Shown here: piece by piece, positions 48,374 to 56,764 of the stretch
How positions within the stretch are numbered: the first letter of the stretch is position 1
Layout: every line of letters starts with the position of its first letter
Source of the DNA: Patescibacteria group bacterium
GTDB lineage: Bacteria; Patescibacteriota; Minisyncoccia; Phycocordibacterales; Phycocordibacteraceae
Reading direction: 5' to 3'
Assembly (NCBI GenBank): GCA_004322365.1
Contig: SCTS01000006.1
Coordinates: forward strand, 4,777-68,776
Length of the DNA: 64,000 nucleotides
The notes under the pieces: model-generated
Databases searched by the model: none
Seen by the model: the letters and a program-made list of their open reading frames with translations, nothing else
What the model was told of the DNA's origin: nothing
Made by a program: the position numbers and the translations under genes

Positions 48374-48620
48374 ACGAGAGGCGTCGGCAAATCCAGTGCG
48401 AGCAACATCACGAAATAAAGGCGCGTGTGGTGAACGGTAATTAATCAAGACTGCTGTAGCAAGATTCCAAGCAGCTAATTCTAAGTTAGTAGCTCTACGA
48501 GCTATTCTTGCAGGACTCATACGGCGAATCCTTCTCGGAGGTAAACTTTCGCGTGTAGTCATTTAAAAATTTTATATCAAATTTTGAGCCTATTGTCAAC
48601 GATAATGCCGAGATAACTTC

Positions 48621-48669
48621 ATAGGTTTTTGCTTTGAAAGCTAGCCCCTAAACACTAAACGCTATACAC
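48621..48669. repeat. heptamer-family leader element immediately upstream of the rsh start (..CTAGCCCCTAAACACTAAACGCTATACAC)
   Basis: Resembles the reverse complement of the pyrB leader array. Confidence 0.5.
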
Positions 48670-48676
48670 TATTCAC

Positions 48677-50209
48677 ATGCCTCATGCTACAGACGACATC
48701 ATCCGTGCGATGCAGTCCCCTTCCTCGGAAGATCAGAAAGCAATTCAGGTGGCGTATGAATTTGCAAAAGTAGCCCACGGTGAAGAAAAAAGAAAATCAG
48801 GTGAGCCATACATCATCCACCCAACTGCAATTGCAGTGACACTCGCCAAGCTCGGGATGGACCGCGAAACAATTGTTGCGGGAATTCTTCATGACACAGT
48901 TGAGGACACGCCCGTTACCATCGAAGAAATAGAAGAAAAATTTGGTGCAACAGTGCGATTTTTGGTTGAGGGGGTCACGAAGCTTTCGAAATTAAAATAT
49001 CGCGGAGTAGAGAGGCACGTGGAAAGTTTACGGCGTCTACTCGTTGCAACTGCAAACGATATTCGCGTCATCATCATCAAGCTTGCTGATAGGCTCCACA
49101 ACATGGAGACAATTAACTTCGTTGAACCTATTGAAAAACGAATGCGCATTGCGCTCGAAACGAAGGAAATATATGTCCCTATCGCCGAAAGACTTGGTAT
49201 CGGTTTAATAAAATCACAACTCGAAGATTTAGCATTTAAAACACTAGAACCTGAACGATACAAAAAAATTCACCAATTCTTGGAAGAGCGTGGAGAAACG
49301 GAAAAAGAAGCACTCGACAGAGCGCTTAATGACCTGCGCAAAGCACTTGCTGAAGCAGGTATACGCAACTTTAGAACAGAATCACGCGTAAAAAATGTTC
49401 ATAGTTTTGCCACGAAGCTCATTCGCAAAGGCAACGACCCCGACAAGGTATACGACATATTTGCGATTCGCATTATTGTTCCAACACTTGAGGACTGCTA
49501 TCGATCATTTGGAGTTATTCACAATATCTGGAGACCAATCCCAGGACGCATTAAAGATTACATCGCAAGCCCAAAGCCGAACGGCTACCGTACTCTCCAC
49601 ACCACAATCATCACTCCTCATAAGCTGATTATTGAAATTCAGATACGCTCTGAAGAGATGCAACAGGAAAGTAAGTTTGGGGTGATGGCACATTTCATAT
49701 ACAAAAACAAAAGTCAGGGCAGCGAGCCTGGAAAAGATTCAAAAATAGGATGGGTAGGACGCTTTGTTCCATCGCTCATGAAAATGACGCGCGCAGAAAA
49801 ATCTCTCACGCAAACCAGTACACCAACACCGCGTTGGCTCACAGACTTGAATACCGCAGCAGAAGATTTTGAGGGGGAGGAAGCATTTCACGATGCACTT
49901 CGTGAAGACTTTTTTGCACGAAGAATGTTTGTGTTCACTCCAAAAGGTGATGTTATCGACTTACCTATTGGCGCAACGCCGATAGATTTTGCATACGCAG
50001 TACACACAAATCTTGTTGACCTTATGTCTGGTGCTAGGGTAAATGGAAAAATGGTTGGTCTTGATACAGAGTTACACAAAGGGGATATTGTTGAAATACA
50101 AACAAAAAAAATAGGAGTGCCTAATAAAAAATGGCTTGAGTATACAAAAACTGCATCGGCTCGTCGCTACATCCGCGCAACATTAAAGAAGAAAGAAAAT
50201 AAATCCTAG
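48677..50209 (+). CDS. bifunctional (p)ppGpp synthetase/hydrolase, short RelA/SpoT homolog
   Basis: HD motif HDTVEDT, RelA_SpoT synthetase region, TGS domain. 510 aa, with no ACT-like C-terminal region visible. Confidence 0.85.
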   Translation: MPHATDDIIRAMQSPSSEDQKAIQVAYEFAKVAHGEEKRKSGEPYIIHPTAIAVTLAKLGMDRETIVAGILHDTVEDTPVTIEEIEEKFGATVRFLVEGVTKLSKLKYRGVERHVESLRRLLVATANDIRVIIIKLADRLHNMETINFVEPIEKRMRIALETKEIYVPIAERLGIGLIKSQLEDLAFKTLEPERYKKIHQFLEERGETEKEALDRALNDLRKALAEAGIRNFRTESRVKNVHSFATKLIRKGNDPDKVYDIFAIRIIVPTLEDCYRSFGVIHNIWRPIPGRIKDYIASPKPNGYRTLHTTIITPHKLIIEIQIRSEEMQQESKFGVMAHFIYKNKSQGSEPGKDSKIGWVGRFVPSLMKMTRAEKSLTQTSTPTPRWLTDLNTAAEDFEGEEAFHDALREDFFARRMFVFTPKGDVIDLPIGATPIDFAYAVHTNLVDLMSGARVNGKMVGLDTELHKGDIVEIQTKKIGVPNKKWLEYTKTASARRYIRATLKKKENKS

Positions 50210-50261
50210 CTCTACGCCGACCACTCCAAAGGATTTCAAGTTAAAAGATTAAAAATTTTCT

Positions 50262-50298
50262 CTTAGAAAAAATTCACCCATATATGGGTGAATTTTTT
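50262..50298. terminator. bidirectional rho-independent terminator
   Basis: AAAAAA-TTCACCCATATATGGGTGAA-TTTTTT. Confidence 0.7.
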
Positions 50299-50321
50299 AA
50301 AGATATACTGCGGAGGATTTT

Positions 50322-50345
50322 CCAGTGACTTGATATCAAGTCACT
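50322..50345. promoter_or_regulatory. perfect 24-bp palindrome CAGTGACTTGATATCAAGTCACTG
   Basis: Read from sequence; 75 bp past the parB stop; no adjacent T-run. Confidence 0.4.
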
Positions 50346-50420
50346 GCCACCCTCTTTAAAATAAAATACCCCAAGATGAAACATTGGGATATTTTATCTA
50401 TTCTGTTATACAGACGGAAA

Positions 50421-51385
50421 CTAGATAGAGAAATGTTTCAAAGAAAAGTCATCATCATTCGAAGGAGGTGGAGGTACGGAAGCGAGTGTTGAAGGCACAT
50501 CTACCATATCATTTCTTTGTTCTTGAACCTCTGAGATAGGGCTCTCCACTTGAGGCGAAATACCACGGCGCTCCATATGCGCGAGCATACCTTCCAAATC
50601 TTCTGTTGAGAAAAAATCAATGATGAGCTTTCCTCCCTTTTCCTGCGCTTTAATTTCAACCTTTGTTCCTAACGACTCTGCGAATGCTCGTTCAAGTGCC
50701 TCGATTTGAGGAGTAACATCACGCTTTCGTGCTTTCTCCACAGCAATCTCACGCGTAATTTTTTCAACATCACGCACTGATAATTTGCGAATCATAATGT
50801 CACGAAAGACTGTCTTTTGTTCTTCGGGTCTGTCGGAGAGCATGAGTAATGCTCGAGCATGACCTTCGTAAATAGCACCACCAATAACCGCTTGTTGCAT
50901 TTCAGCAGGCAATGCAAGAAGGCGAATTGAGTTTGAAACATACTCGCGACTCTTCCCCACCTTCACAGCAATTTCTGAATTGTTTAAACTAAATTCTTTC
51001 TGCAAACGATCAAAGGCGCGCGCACGGTCAATGGCATTCAGATCTTCTCGTTGTAAGTTTTCAATGATAGCGAGCTCCAAGCGTACACGGCTCTGTTCTT
51101 CAGTGGAGCGAATAATAACAGGCACCTGAGAGAGGCCGGCAAGCTTTGATGCACGGAGCCGGCGCTCCCCCGCAATGAGTTCATAGTAGGTTGAAAGTCC
51201 GCCATCTTCACGCGACTCTTCGTATCGTGTGACCATAAGTGGCTGTAACACTCCGTATTGGCGAATAGAACCAGCAAGGTCTTTCAATTTTGCTTCATCG
51301 AACTCGGTACGTGGTTGATATTGGTTTGGCCGTATTTTTTCAACCTCGACCCAAAAAATTGCATCTCCTTGGAACTGTGACATGG
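50421..51385 (-). CDS. parB: ParB/Spo0J family partition protein
   Basis: ParB box (GERRLRASKLAGL..VPVII), HTH, C-terminal dimerisation region. Start trimmed to MSQFQGD. Confidence 0.8.
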
Positions 51386-51499
51386 GAAAATTGTAACACG
51401 AACACAAAAGAAGCGTGAGATAAAAAACCATCCTGTTTCTCAAAAATTGAGAAAATTCAAAAAAAATCAACCATCTAACCTACTCCCTACCACTCTTTA

Positions 51500-51543
51500 C
51501 CTGTATAGTATAATTTAACGGTCGTTAAATTATACTATACAGG
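51500..51543. promoter_or_regulatory. 44-bp perfect palindrome CCTGTATAGTATAATTTAACG-GT-CGTTAAATTATACTATACAGG (copy 1)
   Basis: 21-bp arms; contains TATAAT on both strands; second copy at 56610-56651. Confidence 0.6.
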
Positions 51544-51701
51544 TGGAATGGCGCGGGGGTTTTAGTTTTTTAAAGTATCGAACATGAATCTCTGATGCAG
51601 GTCATTCATCTAGCCTAGTATTGAATACAGCACGGCAACTAGACCTCACTGCTCCTTTCGGGTACTCTACACGGAGCAACGCACGAGTCCTAGTTGCACA
51701 G

Positions 51702-51782
51702 GCCGGAGTGGTGGAATGGTATACACGCACGACTCAAAATCGTGTCTCGCAAGGGATGAGGGTTCGAGTCCCTCCTCCGGCA
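51702..51782 (+). tRNA. tRNA-Leu (anticodon CAA)
   Basis: Manual fold: acceptor GCCGGAG/CTCCGGC, anticodon stem CACGA/TCGTG with loop CTCAAAA, long variable arm, T-loop TTCGAGT. Confidence 0.8.
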
Positions 51783-51833
51783 CTTGCCAAGCAAGAAGAC
51801 GGAGCACACTGCATTTCTGCAGTGTGGGAGAGG

Positions 51834-51875
51834 GGCTCGAAAAGCGGAAGACGCCTCGTCTCCCTATCGAGGGCC
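51834..51875. repeat. inverted copy (D) of the tRNA-associated repeat body (GGAAGACGCCTCGTCTCC hairpin core)
   Basis: Reverse complement matches ..CCCTCAAAGGGAGACGAGGCGTCTTGAGCTCGAAA of repeat A. Confidence 0.5.
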
Positions 51876-52000
51876 AGTGTTTTTTGCAACAAAAAACCGT
51901 GAGGCGGCGATTAGAAAATCGTGCCGAGAGGCTCTGCGACTTAAGGTGAACATGGGTGAACCTTAAAGTTCTAGGTGTGTTCCCCTTCCTTCTGGCACAC

Positions 52001-52450
52001 CTATATTTTTCTTGAATTGGTTGTAATAATATTCCAATCGTCCTTTTCTATAATCAAAAGACAATCAACAGGCTCATCCCATGGTTCACGGCTTAATTTC
52101 TCTTCAGAAAGTTGAGCTGGGCTCAAAACACCAATGCGTATCCAGTCTTGCGGTAACTCCTTGAGAAATCTATCGTACCAGCCTCCGCCACGCCCATGAC
52201 GTGTTCCAAAATGATCAAATTCCCTCCCGGGAATAAGAATACAAACTTTTTCATCCGCATGTGCCTCTAAAAGCGACAGTGCAAAATCATGCGGAGAAAT
52301 ATCCTTGTCTGCAAGAATGGAGCGCCCGGAGTTAAAAATTTTATTTTTAACTAGAAACTCATGTGGATTAGGCTCATCGCCCATCGGTGAATACCCAATG
52401 ATGGCATCCGCCTCACGAAGTTTTTCAAGAAGTTCTTCCTTGTCATTCAT
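52001..52450 (-). CDS. 5-formyltetrahydrofolate cyclo-ligase
   Basis: PGREFDHFGTRHGRGGGWYDRFL is the MTHFS signature. Start trimmed to MNDKEE. Confidence 0.75.
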   Translation of the reverse strand: MNDKEELLEKLREADAIIGYSPMGDEPNPHEFLVKNKIFNSGRSILADKDISPHDFALSLLEAHADEKVCILIPGREFDHFGTRHGRGGGWYDRFLKELPQDWIRIGVLSPAQLSEEKLSREPWDEPVDCLLIIEKDDWNIITTNSRKI

Positions 52451-52458
52451 CGATCCAA

Positions 52459-52495
52459 AAGCTGAAAGCTGTAACCTGACACCTGAAAGCTGGTC
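52459..52495. repeat. heptamer array GCTGAAA GCTGTAA CCTGACA CCTGAAA GCTGG between prx and 5-FCL
   Basis: Read from sequence. Confidence 0.6.
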
Positions 52496-53138
52496 AAATC
52501 TTTCCAACCAAATCCAAATCCCCTCCTTTCAGTGTATCGTCACCTGGTTTCCATGCAGCAGGACACACTTGACCTCCGTGAGATCGAACAAATTGAGCAG
52601 CTTGAAGCTTGCGAATAAGTTCTTGTGCAGAACGGCCAATTGAATTGTCATTGATTTCCATCGTAGAAAGAATGCCATCTGGATCAATGATGAATGTACC
52701 GCGGAGCGATAACCCTTCATCTTCCATGTGTTCAAGTCCATCATTTTCAATATAGGTCCCGAAAGCTCGAGCAAGTCTACCTGCAGTATCTGACGCCATA
52801 GGGAATTCAATTTTGGCTATTGCTGGCGATGTATCGTGCCATGCTTTATGCACAAACACTGTGTCAGCACTTACGCTGACAATTTCGGTATCTAAATTTG
52901 TAAAAACCTTATGAGAATCTGCTAGTTCTTCAAGCTCCGTAGGACACACAAAGGTGAAATCTGCTGGATAGAAAAACAACACGAGCCACTTGCCTTTATA
53001 GTCAGAAAGTCGAATTTTCTTGATTTTTTCGTTGTGAAATACCTCACATTCTAGGTCAGGAATCTGATGTCCAATGCGCACCATACTCACAAATCCTTCT
53101 GCTGTATCCTCGCTGTTGTCTTTTTTTTCTTTTGCCAT
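52494..53138 (-). CDS. peroxiredoxin (1-Cys/Prx6-like, AhpC/TSA family)
   Basis: Peroxidatic Cys motif FTFVCPTE. 214 aa. Confidence 0.85.
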   Translation of the reverse strand: MAKEKKDNSEDTAEGFVSMVRIGHQIPDLECEVFHNEKIKKIRLSDYKGKWLVLFFYPADFTFVCPTELEELADSHKVFTNLDTEIVSVSADTVFVHKAWHDTSPAIAKIEFPMASDTAGRLARAFGTYIENDGLEHMEDEGLSLRGTFIIDPDGILSTMEINDNSIGRSAQELIRKLQAAQFVRSHGGQVCPAAWKPGDDTLKGGDLDLVGKI

Positions 53139-53140
53139 TG

Positions 53141-53166
53141 CAGTTCTAATGAAGCTAGTTCTAACG
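53141..53166. repeat. short heptamer-family element (AGTTCTA ATGAAGC TAGTTCTA) abutting the prx start codon
   Basis: Similar to the reverse complement of the dus leader array. Confidence 0.45.
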
Positions 53167-53192
53167 ATTATTATGATAGCATACCAGCCACA

Positions 53193-54119
53193 ATGAAAGA
53201 GAAAGTACTAGTCGTCCTTGGACCCACTGCAGTGGGTAAAACAAGCATTTCTATTGAAATCACTAAAGCACTCGGTGGTGAGGTTGTGTCTGCGGACTCA
53301 CGGCAAGTCTATAGAGGACTTGATATTGGGAGTGGCAAAGTTACATCATCTGAGATGAATGGAGTTCCCCATCATCTCATTGATATCGCAAACCCGGAGG
53401 AGATATTTTCTGTGTCTGATTATCTACACCTAGGAAGACAAGCATTGAGCGACATACTCACTCGCAAAAAAGTTCCTGTCGTCGTCGGAGGCACAGGATT
53501 CTATATTGATGCGCTCTTGGGAAATATTTCACTTCCTAATGTACCGGCAGACCCAAGCTTAAGGTTTCAGCTGTCAGGTTTCAGCTTGGAGGAACTGAAT
53601 GAAGAGTTGGAAAAACTGGATCCTGAGAGAATTAAAACTATAGATACAAAAAATCCAGTGCGCTTAATACGAGCCATAGAAATAGCACGGGCACTTGGTG
53701 CAACCCCTCAATCCGCACCAGAGGCACCCTACAATGTTTTATATATTGGACTCACTTTGCCACTCACTCAATTGCAGGAAAAAATACGCACTCGTCTTCT
53801 CGCTCGTCTAGAGTTAGGAATGCTTGATGAAGCAATTCGACTCCACGCACACGGACTCTCATGGGAGAGGATGGAAAGCTTGGGACTTGAGTATCGGTAT
53901 ATGGCACGACACCTTCAGGGACATATTTCGTATGAAGAAATGGTAGCCCAATTGGAACTAGAAATTCGACACTATGCAAAGCGCCAAATGACGTGGTTTA
54001 AGCGAAACAAAGATATTCAGTGGTTTACCCCGAACGCAGTTGATGGGTTTAATCCAGAACAGAAAAAAGAAATCCTCGCACTAACAAAAAACTTTATGTC
54101 TCCCAACTACTCCAATTAA
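53193..54119 (+). CDS. miaA: tRNA dimethylallyltransferase
   Basis: P-loop GPTAVGKTS, SADSRQVYRGLDIGSGK. Start trimmed to MKEKVLVV. Confidence 0.85.
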   Translation: MKEKVLVVLGPTAVGKTSISIEITKALGGEVVSADSRQVYRGLDIGSGKVTSSEMNGVPHHLIDIANPEEIFSVSDYLHLGRQALSDILTRKKVPVVVGGTGFYIDALLGNISLPNVPADPSLRFQLSGFSLEELNEELEKLDPERIKTIDTKNPVRLIRAIEIARALGATPQSAPEAPYNVLYIGLTLPLTQLQEKIRTRLLARLELGMLDEAIRLHAHGLSWERMESLGLEYRYMARHLQGHISYEEMVAQLELEIRHYAKRQMTWFKRNKDIQWFTPNAVDGFNPEQKKEILALTKNFMSPNYSN

Positions 54120-54145
54120 TCGGAGTAGTTGTTCCAAATATGAAG

Positions 54146-54745
54146 CTAGTCACCTTGAAATTTCACTGAACCAGGACAACCCGGTAAGCCAAGGTTCTTA
54201 TCGGCGTAATATTCATTTACCCAACGAGGCGTTTGAACTGTAGCAACAATTGAGCATAATTCTTTTGGAGATAGACCGGTTCTCTTAGCTAAATCATCAG
54301 CTGCTTTTCTTCTTACCTCAGCAAGGGGCTCTCCTGCTAAGACCAAGGAGAAAGAACGATCTGAGGGAAAGTAGTTAATCTCATAATCAAATTCGGATGG
54401 ATTGGTGCTTGTAACACTGGAATACAAAACATAAAAAACTCGATTGTCTGGTTCGGCAATAATATCAGGGCCTTTAGTAAAATCTTCTACGAACAAAATG
54501 TCTCCAGTAACTGTACGCACCTCTAAGGTGTTTGAACTCTGCACCGGCACCCCCTGTGAAGTAGCAGAAACAGGCCTTCGATCATCTTTCGTTCCAAAAA
54601 ATGGCAATGTGGCTGAGAAAGGATCTTCATTAACAATAGTTGTCTTAGTGGCGTTTGACCCGAAAGAAAAGAAATACAATATGCCCAATCCGAGAATGAG
54701 CAATAAGGCCCCGAAGGCAACTATGAGAGTTGGAGATAATTTCAT
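54146..54745 (-). CDS. hypothetical membrane-anchored protein
   Basis: Single N-terminal TM (internal start MKLSPTLIVAF..); extracellular domain of unknown function. Confidence 0.35.
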   Translation of the reverse strand: MKLSPTLIVAFGALLLILGLGILYFFSFGSNATKTTIVNEDPFSATLPFFGTKDDRRPVSATSQGVPVQSSNTLEVRTVTGDILFVEDFTKGPDIIAEPDNRVFYVLYSSVTSTNPSEFDYEINYFPSDRSFSLVLAGEPLAEVRRKAADDLAKRTGLSPKELCSIVATVQTPRWVNEYYADKNLGLPGCPGSVKFQGD

Positions 54746-54761
54746 ACGGAATAGGTATTCA

Positions 54762-55640
54762 TTAACCATTAGGATAGACCGCGCGGGGTAACTGAAAATG
54801 CATCGCATCGTAACACCTGTTTTGCATGAAGGTTGGACTACTACCCCCCCACTGATAAGGAATACCGGTCTGCCGACTGCCACAAGCAAATGCGTCATTT
54901 ATTGCTCGATAATTTGCATTGGGGACTGCACATGAACCTCCTGTATAGCTCACTATACTTCTAATGATAGGGTGCGCGTCTACAGCCATACCCTGGATAT
55001 GCCGTGAATCTGTAGCGGTGCTAGACCTCTGACGAAAACCACTCGTCACCTGAAATTGAATAGGAGAACAGGCATGAGCCGCATTGACGAGTCGGACAAG
55101 GTCAGGGTGAACTCCCGCAAGATTATCATTACGATTTGTTGGAGCAACGGGAGTTCCAGTACCGGTCACTCGAGGACGAGGGGTAGGTGCACCTGGTGCA
55201 TCAGGAAATGCGGCACTAGTTGGATTTCCCACACATGAAATGTCTGTCCATATAGCAAGACCTCTTCCGGTAAGCACCGAAAAAGTAACATTCACCAAAA
55301 GCCATGCAGTGAGGACGATACATAAGCCAACGAATACATTAATGAACACCCCGTGTGCTTTCTTTACTTGGTCTGGTTTGCTGGCTGCGGTTACATACAG
55401 GATGCCTGCATAAGCAAACATGAGTGTGGCAATAATTACTGAAAATGCAATAGCAAAGTTGATAACATTGCTCGAAAGCTCAATAAGATCGCACGCTCTG
55501 CAGAGTGCTCCCTCACACTGAGGAACTAATCCCCCACCACTCCCACTTAAGAGTGCTGAAGGGTCTTGTTGAACTGCAGCAAATGCCACGAGTGGCATGA
55601 AGAACAGTATCGGAAGGAGAAGTATCAGTATCTTTCTCAT
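54762..55640 (-). CDS. pilin-like (TrbC/VirB2-type two-helix) N-terminal domain fused to M15-family zinc peptidase (VanY/DD-carboxypeptidase-like)
   Basis: Signal peptide then two hydrophobic helices. C-terminal S-x-H-x2-G-x-A-x-D-x-H (DSRHIQGMAVDAH) zinc motif of peptidase M15. Confidence 0.5.
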   Translation of the reverse strand: MRKILILLLPILFFMPLVAFAAVQQDPSALLSGSGGGLVPQCEGALCRACDLIELSSNVINFAIAFSVIIATLMFAYAGILYVTAASKPDQVKKAHGVFINVFVGLCIVLTAWLLVNVTFSVLTGRGLAIWTDISCVGNPTSAAFPDAPGAPTPRPRVTGTGTPVAPTNRNDNLAGVHPDLVRLVNAAHACSPIQFQVTSGFRQRSSTATDSRHIQGMAVDAHPIIRSIVSYTGGSCAVPNANYRAINDAFACGSRQTGIPYQWGGSSPTFMQNRCYDAMHFQLPRAVYPNG

Positions 55641-55794
55641 CACACAATGAGTATACCCTTGAAAAGCGGCTTTCGGCCTGTATATGAGACCTTTCCACAC
55701 CTCGAAGAACCACATATTGACTTTCCTCATAGGAAGCACATGATTTAGAGAGATAGCGCATGATTATTGGTTTTCTAAACAGAAACTGAAACAT

Positions 55795-56217
55795 ATGGGA
55801 TCGCAATACGAAGGCCGACATCGTACTCAAAAGAAACCTTGGGGTGCAGCGCTACTCGCAGCCGTCACTCTTGGCTTTGCTGGTGATGCGGGAGCGCAGA
55901 GTCAACCTGACCGAAGCTTCTACTTTAATCGTGACCCTGAGCTTCCCCTAGCGGAAAACATTAGGAGATTTAATCTAATGCAAGCAAGACGGAGGAGTGG
56001 AGAGATATCAGATGACTGCATGGAAATTATAGCTATTACAGAAAGACAGCTACGAGCAGGTCAATATCCAGAATACTTAGAAGAAGATGTCTCATCCTGC
56101 AGTGATAACGAATATAATAGATTATCAGCTCTCGACAGAGCAAACGCTAGGCGTAGAGGCTTAGCAGGGATGGCAGATTTGCCAGCAGATCGTCGAGGTA
56201 GCGGAGGAAATCCTTAA
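55795..56217 (+). CDS. hypothetical secreted protein
   Basis: Signal peptide (AALLAAVTLGFAGDAGAQS); Arg-rich; no family. Confidence 0.35.
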   Translation: MGSQYEGRHRTQKKPWGAALLAAVTLGFAGDAGAQSQPDRSFYFNRDPELPLAENIRRFNLMQARRRSGEISDDCMEIIAITERQLRAGQYPEYLEEDVSSCSDNEYNRLSALDRANARRRGLAGMADLPADRRGSGGNP

Positions 56218-56240
56218 TTACCCATGCTATGAAGTGATAA

Positions 56241-56272
56241 AAACCCGCCCACATTTAACTGGCGGGTTTTTA
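56241..56272. terminator. bidirectional rho-independent terminator
   Basis: AAAA-CCCGCC-cacatttaact-GGCGGG-TTTTT between convergent genes. Confidence 0.65.
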
Positions 56273-56566
56273 TTTATGATTCTGAATCCACCACTTTTTT
56301 ACTAGCGGAAGTGATTGCGTAGAGAGGAGGTATCCAACAGCTGGTACTAATGCGTTGAATATGAAATTACTGATGCCTAAGATCGCAAGAATAAAACACG
56401 CGACAACATAGGTGATGATAGTAATAGTGAGGATGCGAAACCAGCTTACTTCCCAAGCTTTTTCGGCTTCTACCTTCAGGTTTCGTTCCCGAATAAGCTG
56501 TACTTCCCTTTCCAATTTTTGTATACGATCTTCTGTCATAGAATCAGTGTAACTCACCCATTTCAA
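56270..56566 (-). CDS. small coiled-coil plus 2-TM membrane protein
   Basis: 98 aa; N-terminal charged helix then two TM helices. Confidence 0.4.
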   Translation of the reverse strand: MKWVSYTDSMTEDRIQKLEREVQLIRERNLKVEAEKAWEVSWFRILTITIITYVVACFILAILGISNFIFNALVPAVGYLLSTQSLPLVKKWWIQNHK

Positions 56567-56609
56567 AAAATACTACCAAACCTTTTTCCATCTTTCAGAT
56601 TTAAAATCA

Positions 56610-56651
56610 CAATATAGTATAATCTAACGGTCGTTAAATTATACTATATTG
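56610..56651. promoter_or_regulatory. second copy of the 44-bp TATAAT-containing palindrome (one arm mismatch)
   Basis: CAATATAGTATAATCTAACG-GT-CGTTAAATTATACTATATTG. Confidence 0.6.
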
Positions 56652-56764
56652 TGCATTGAGGCTCGGAAGTTAGTTCTAATGTTGATTTGAACTGTGACCT
56701 CGCTTTTCTAATGCGCTACAGAGCAAAAACCAATCAGTGTATGGAAATGTTAGGATTGTAATCG

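Noticed and set aside
48359-48562. 67-aa Arg-rich minus-strand ORF downstream of topA
   Set aside because: No recognisable family (checked against L34, S21 and L35-like patterns by eye). Could be real but unsupported.
51621-51966. Three ORFs overlapping tRNA-Leu and the structured spacer
   Set aside because: Coincide with a tRNA gene and hairpin-rich non-coding DNA.
51783-52000. tmRNA / SRP RNA / RNase P RNA in the structured spacer
   Set aside because: No tag-peptide reading frame, no SRP domain IV GGAAGCAGCC-like motif, and no P4 pseudoknot signatures seen.
28449-53166. Heptamer arrays as possible CRISPR array
   Set aside because: Units are only 7 bp, degenerate, with no spacers; no cas genes apart from a Cas4-like stand-alone nuclease.
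53560-53600. Heptamer-like GTTTCAGCTGTCAGGTTTCAGCTTGG inside miaA
   Set aside because: Lies within a well-supported coding region; probably chance resemblance or coding-constrained.
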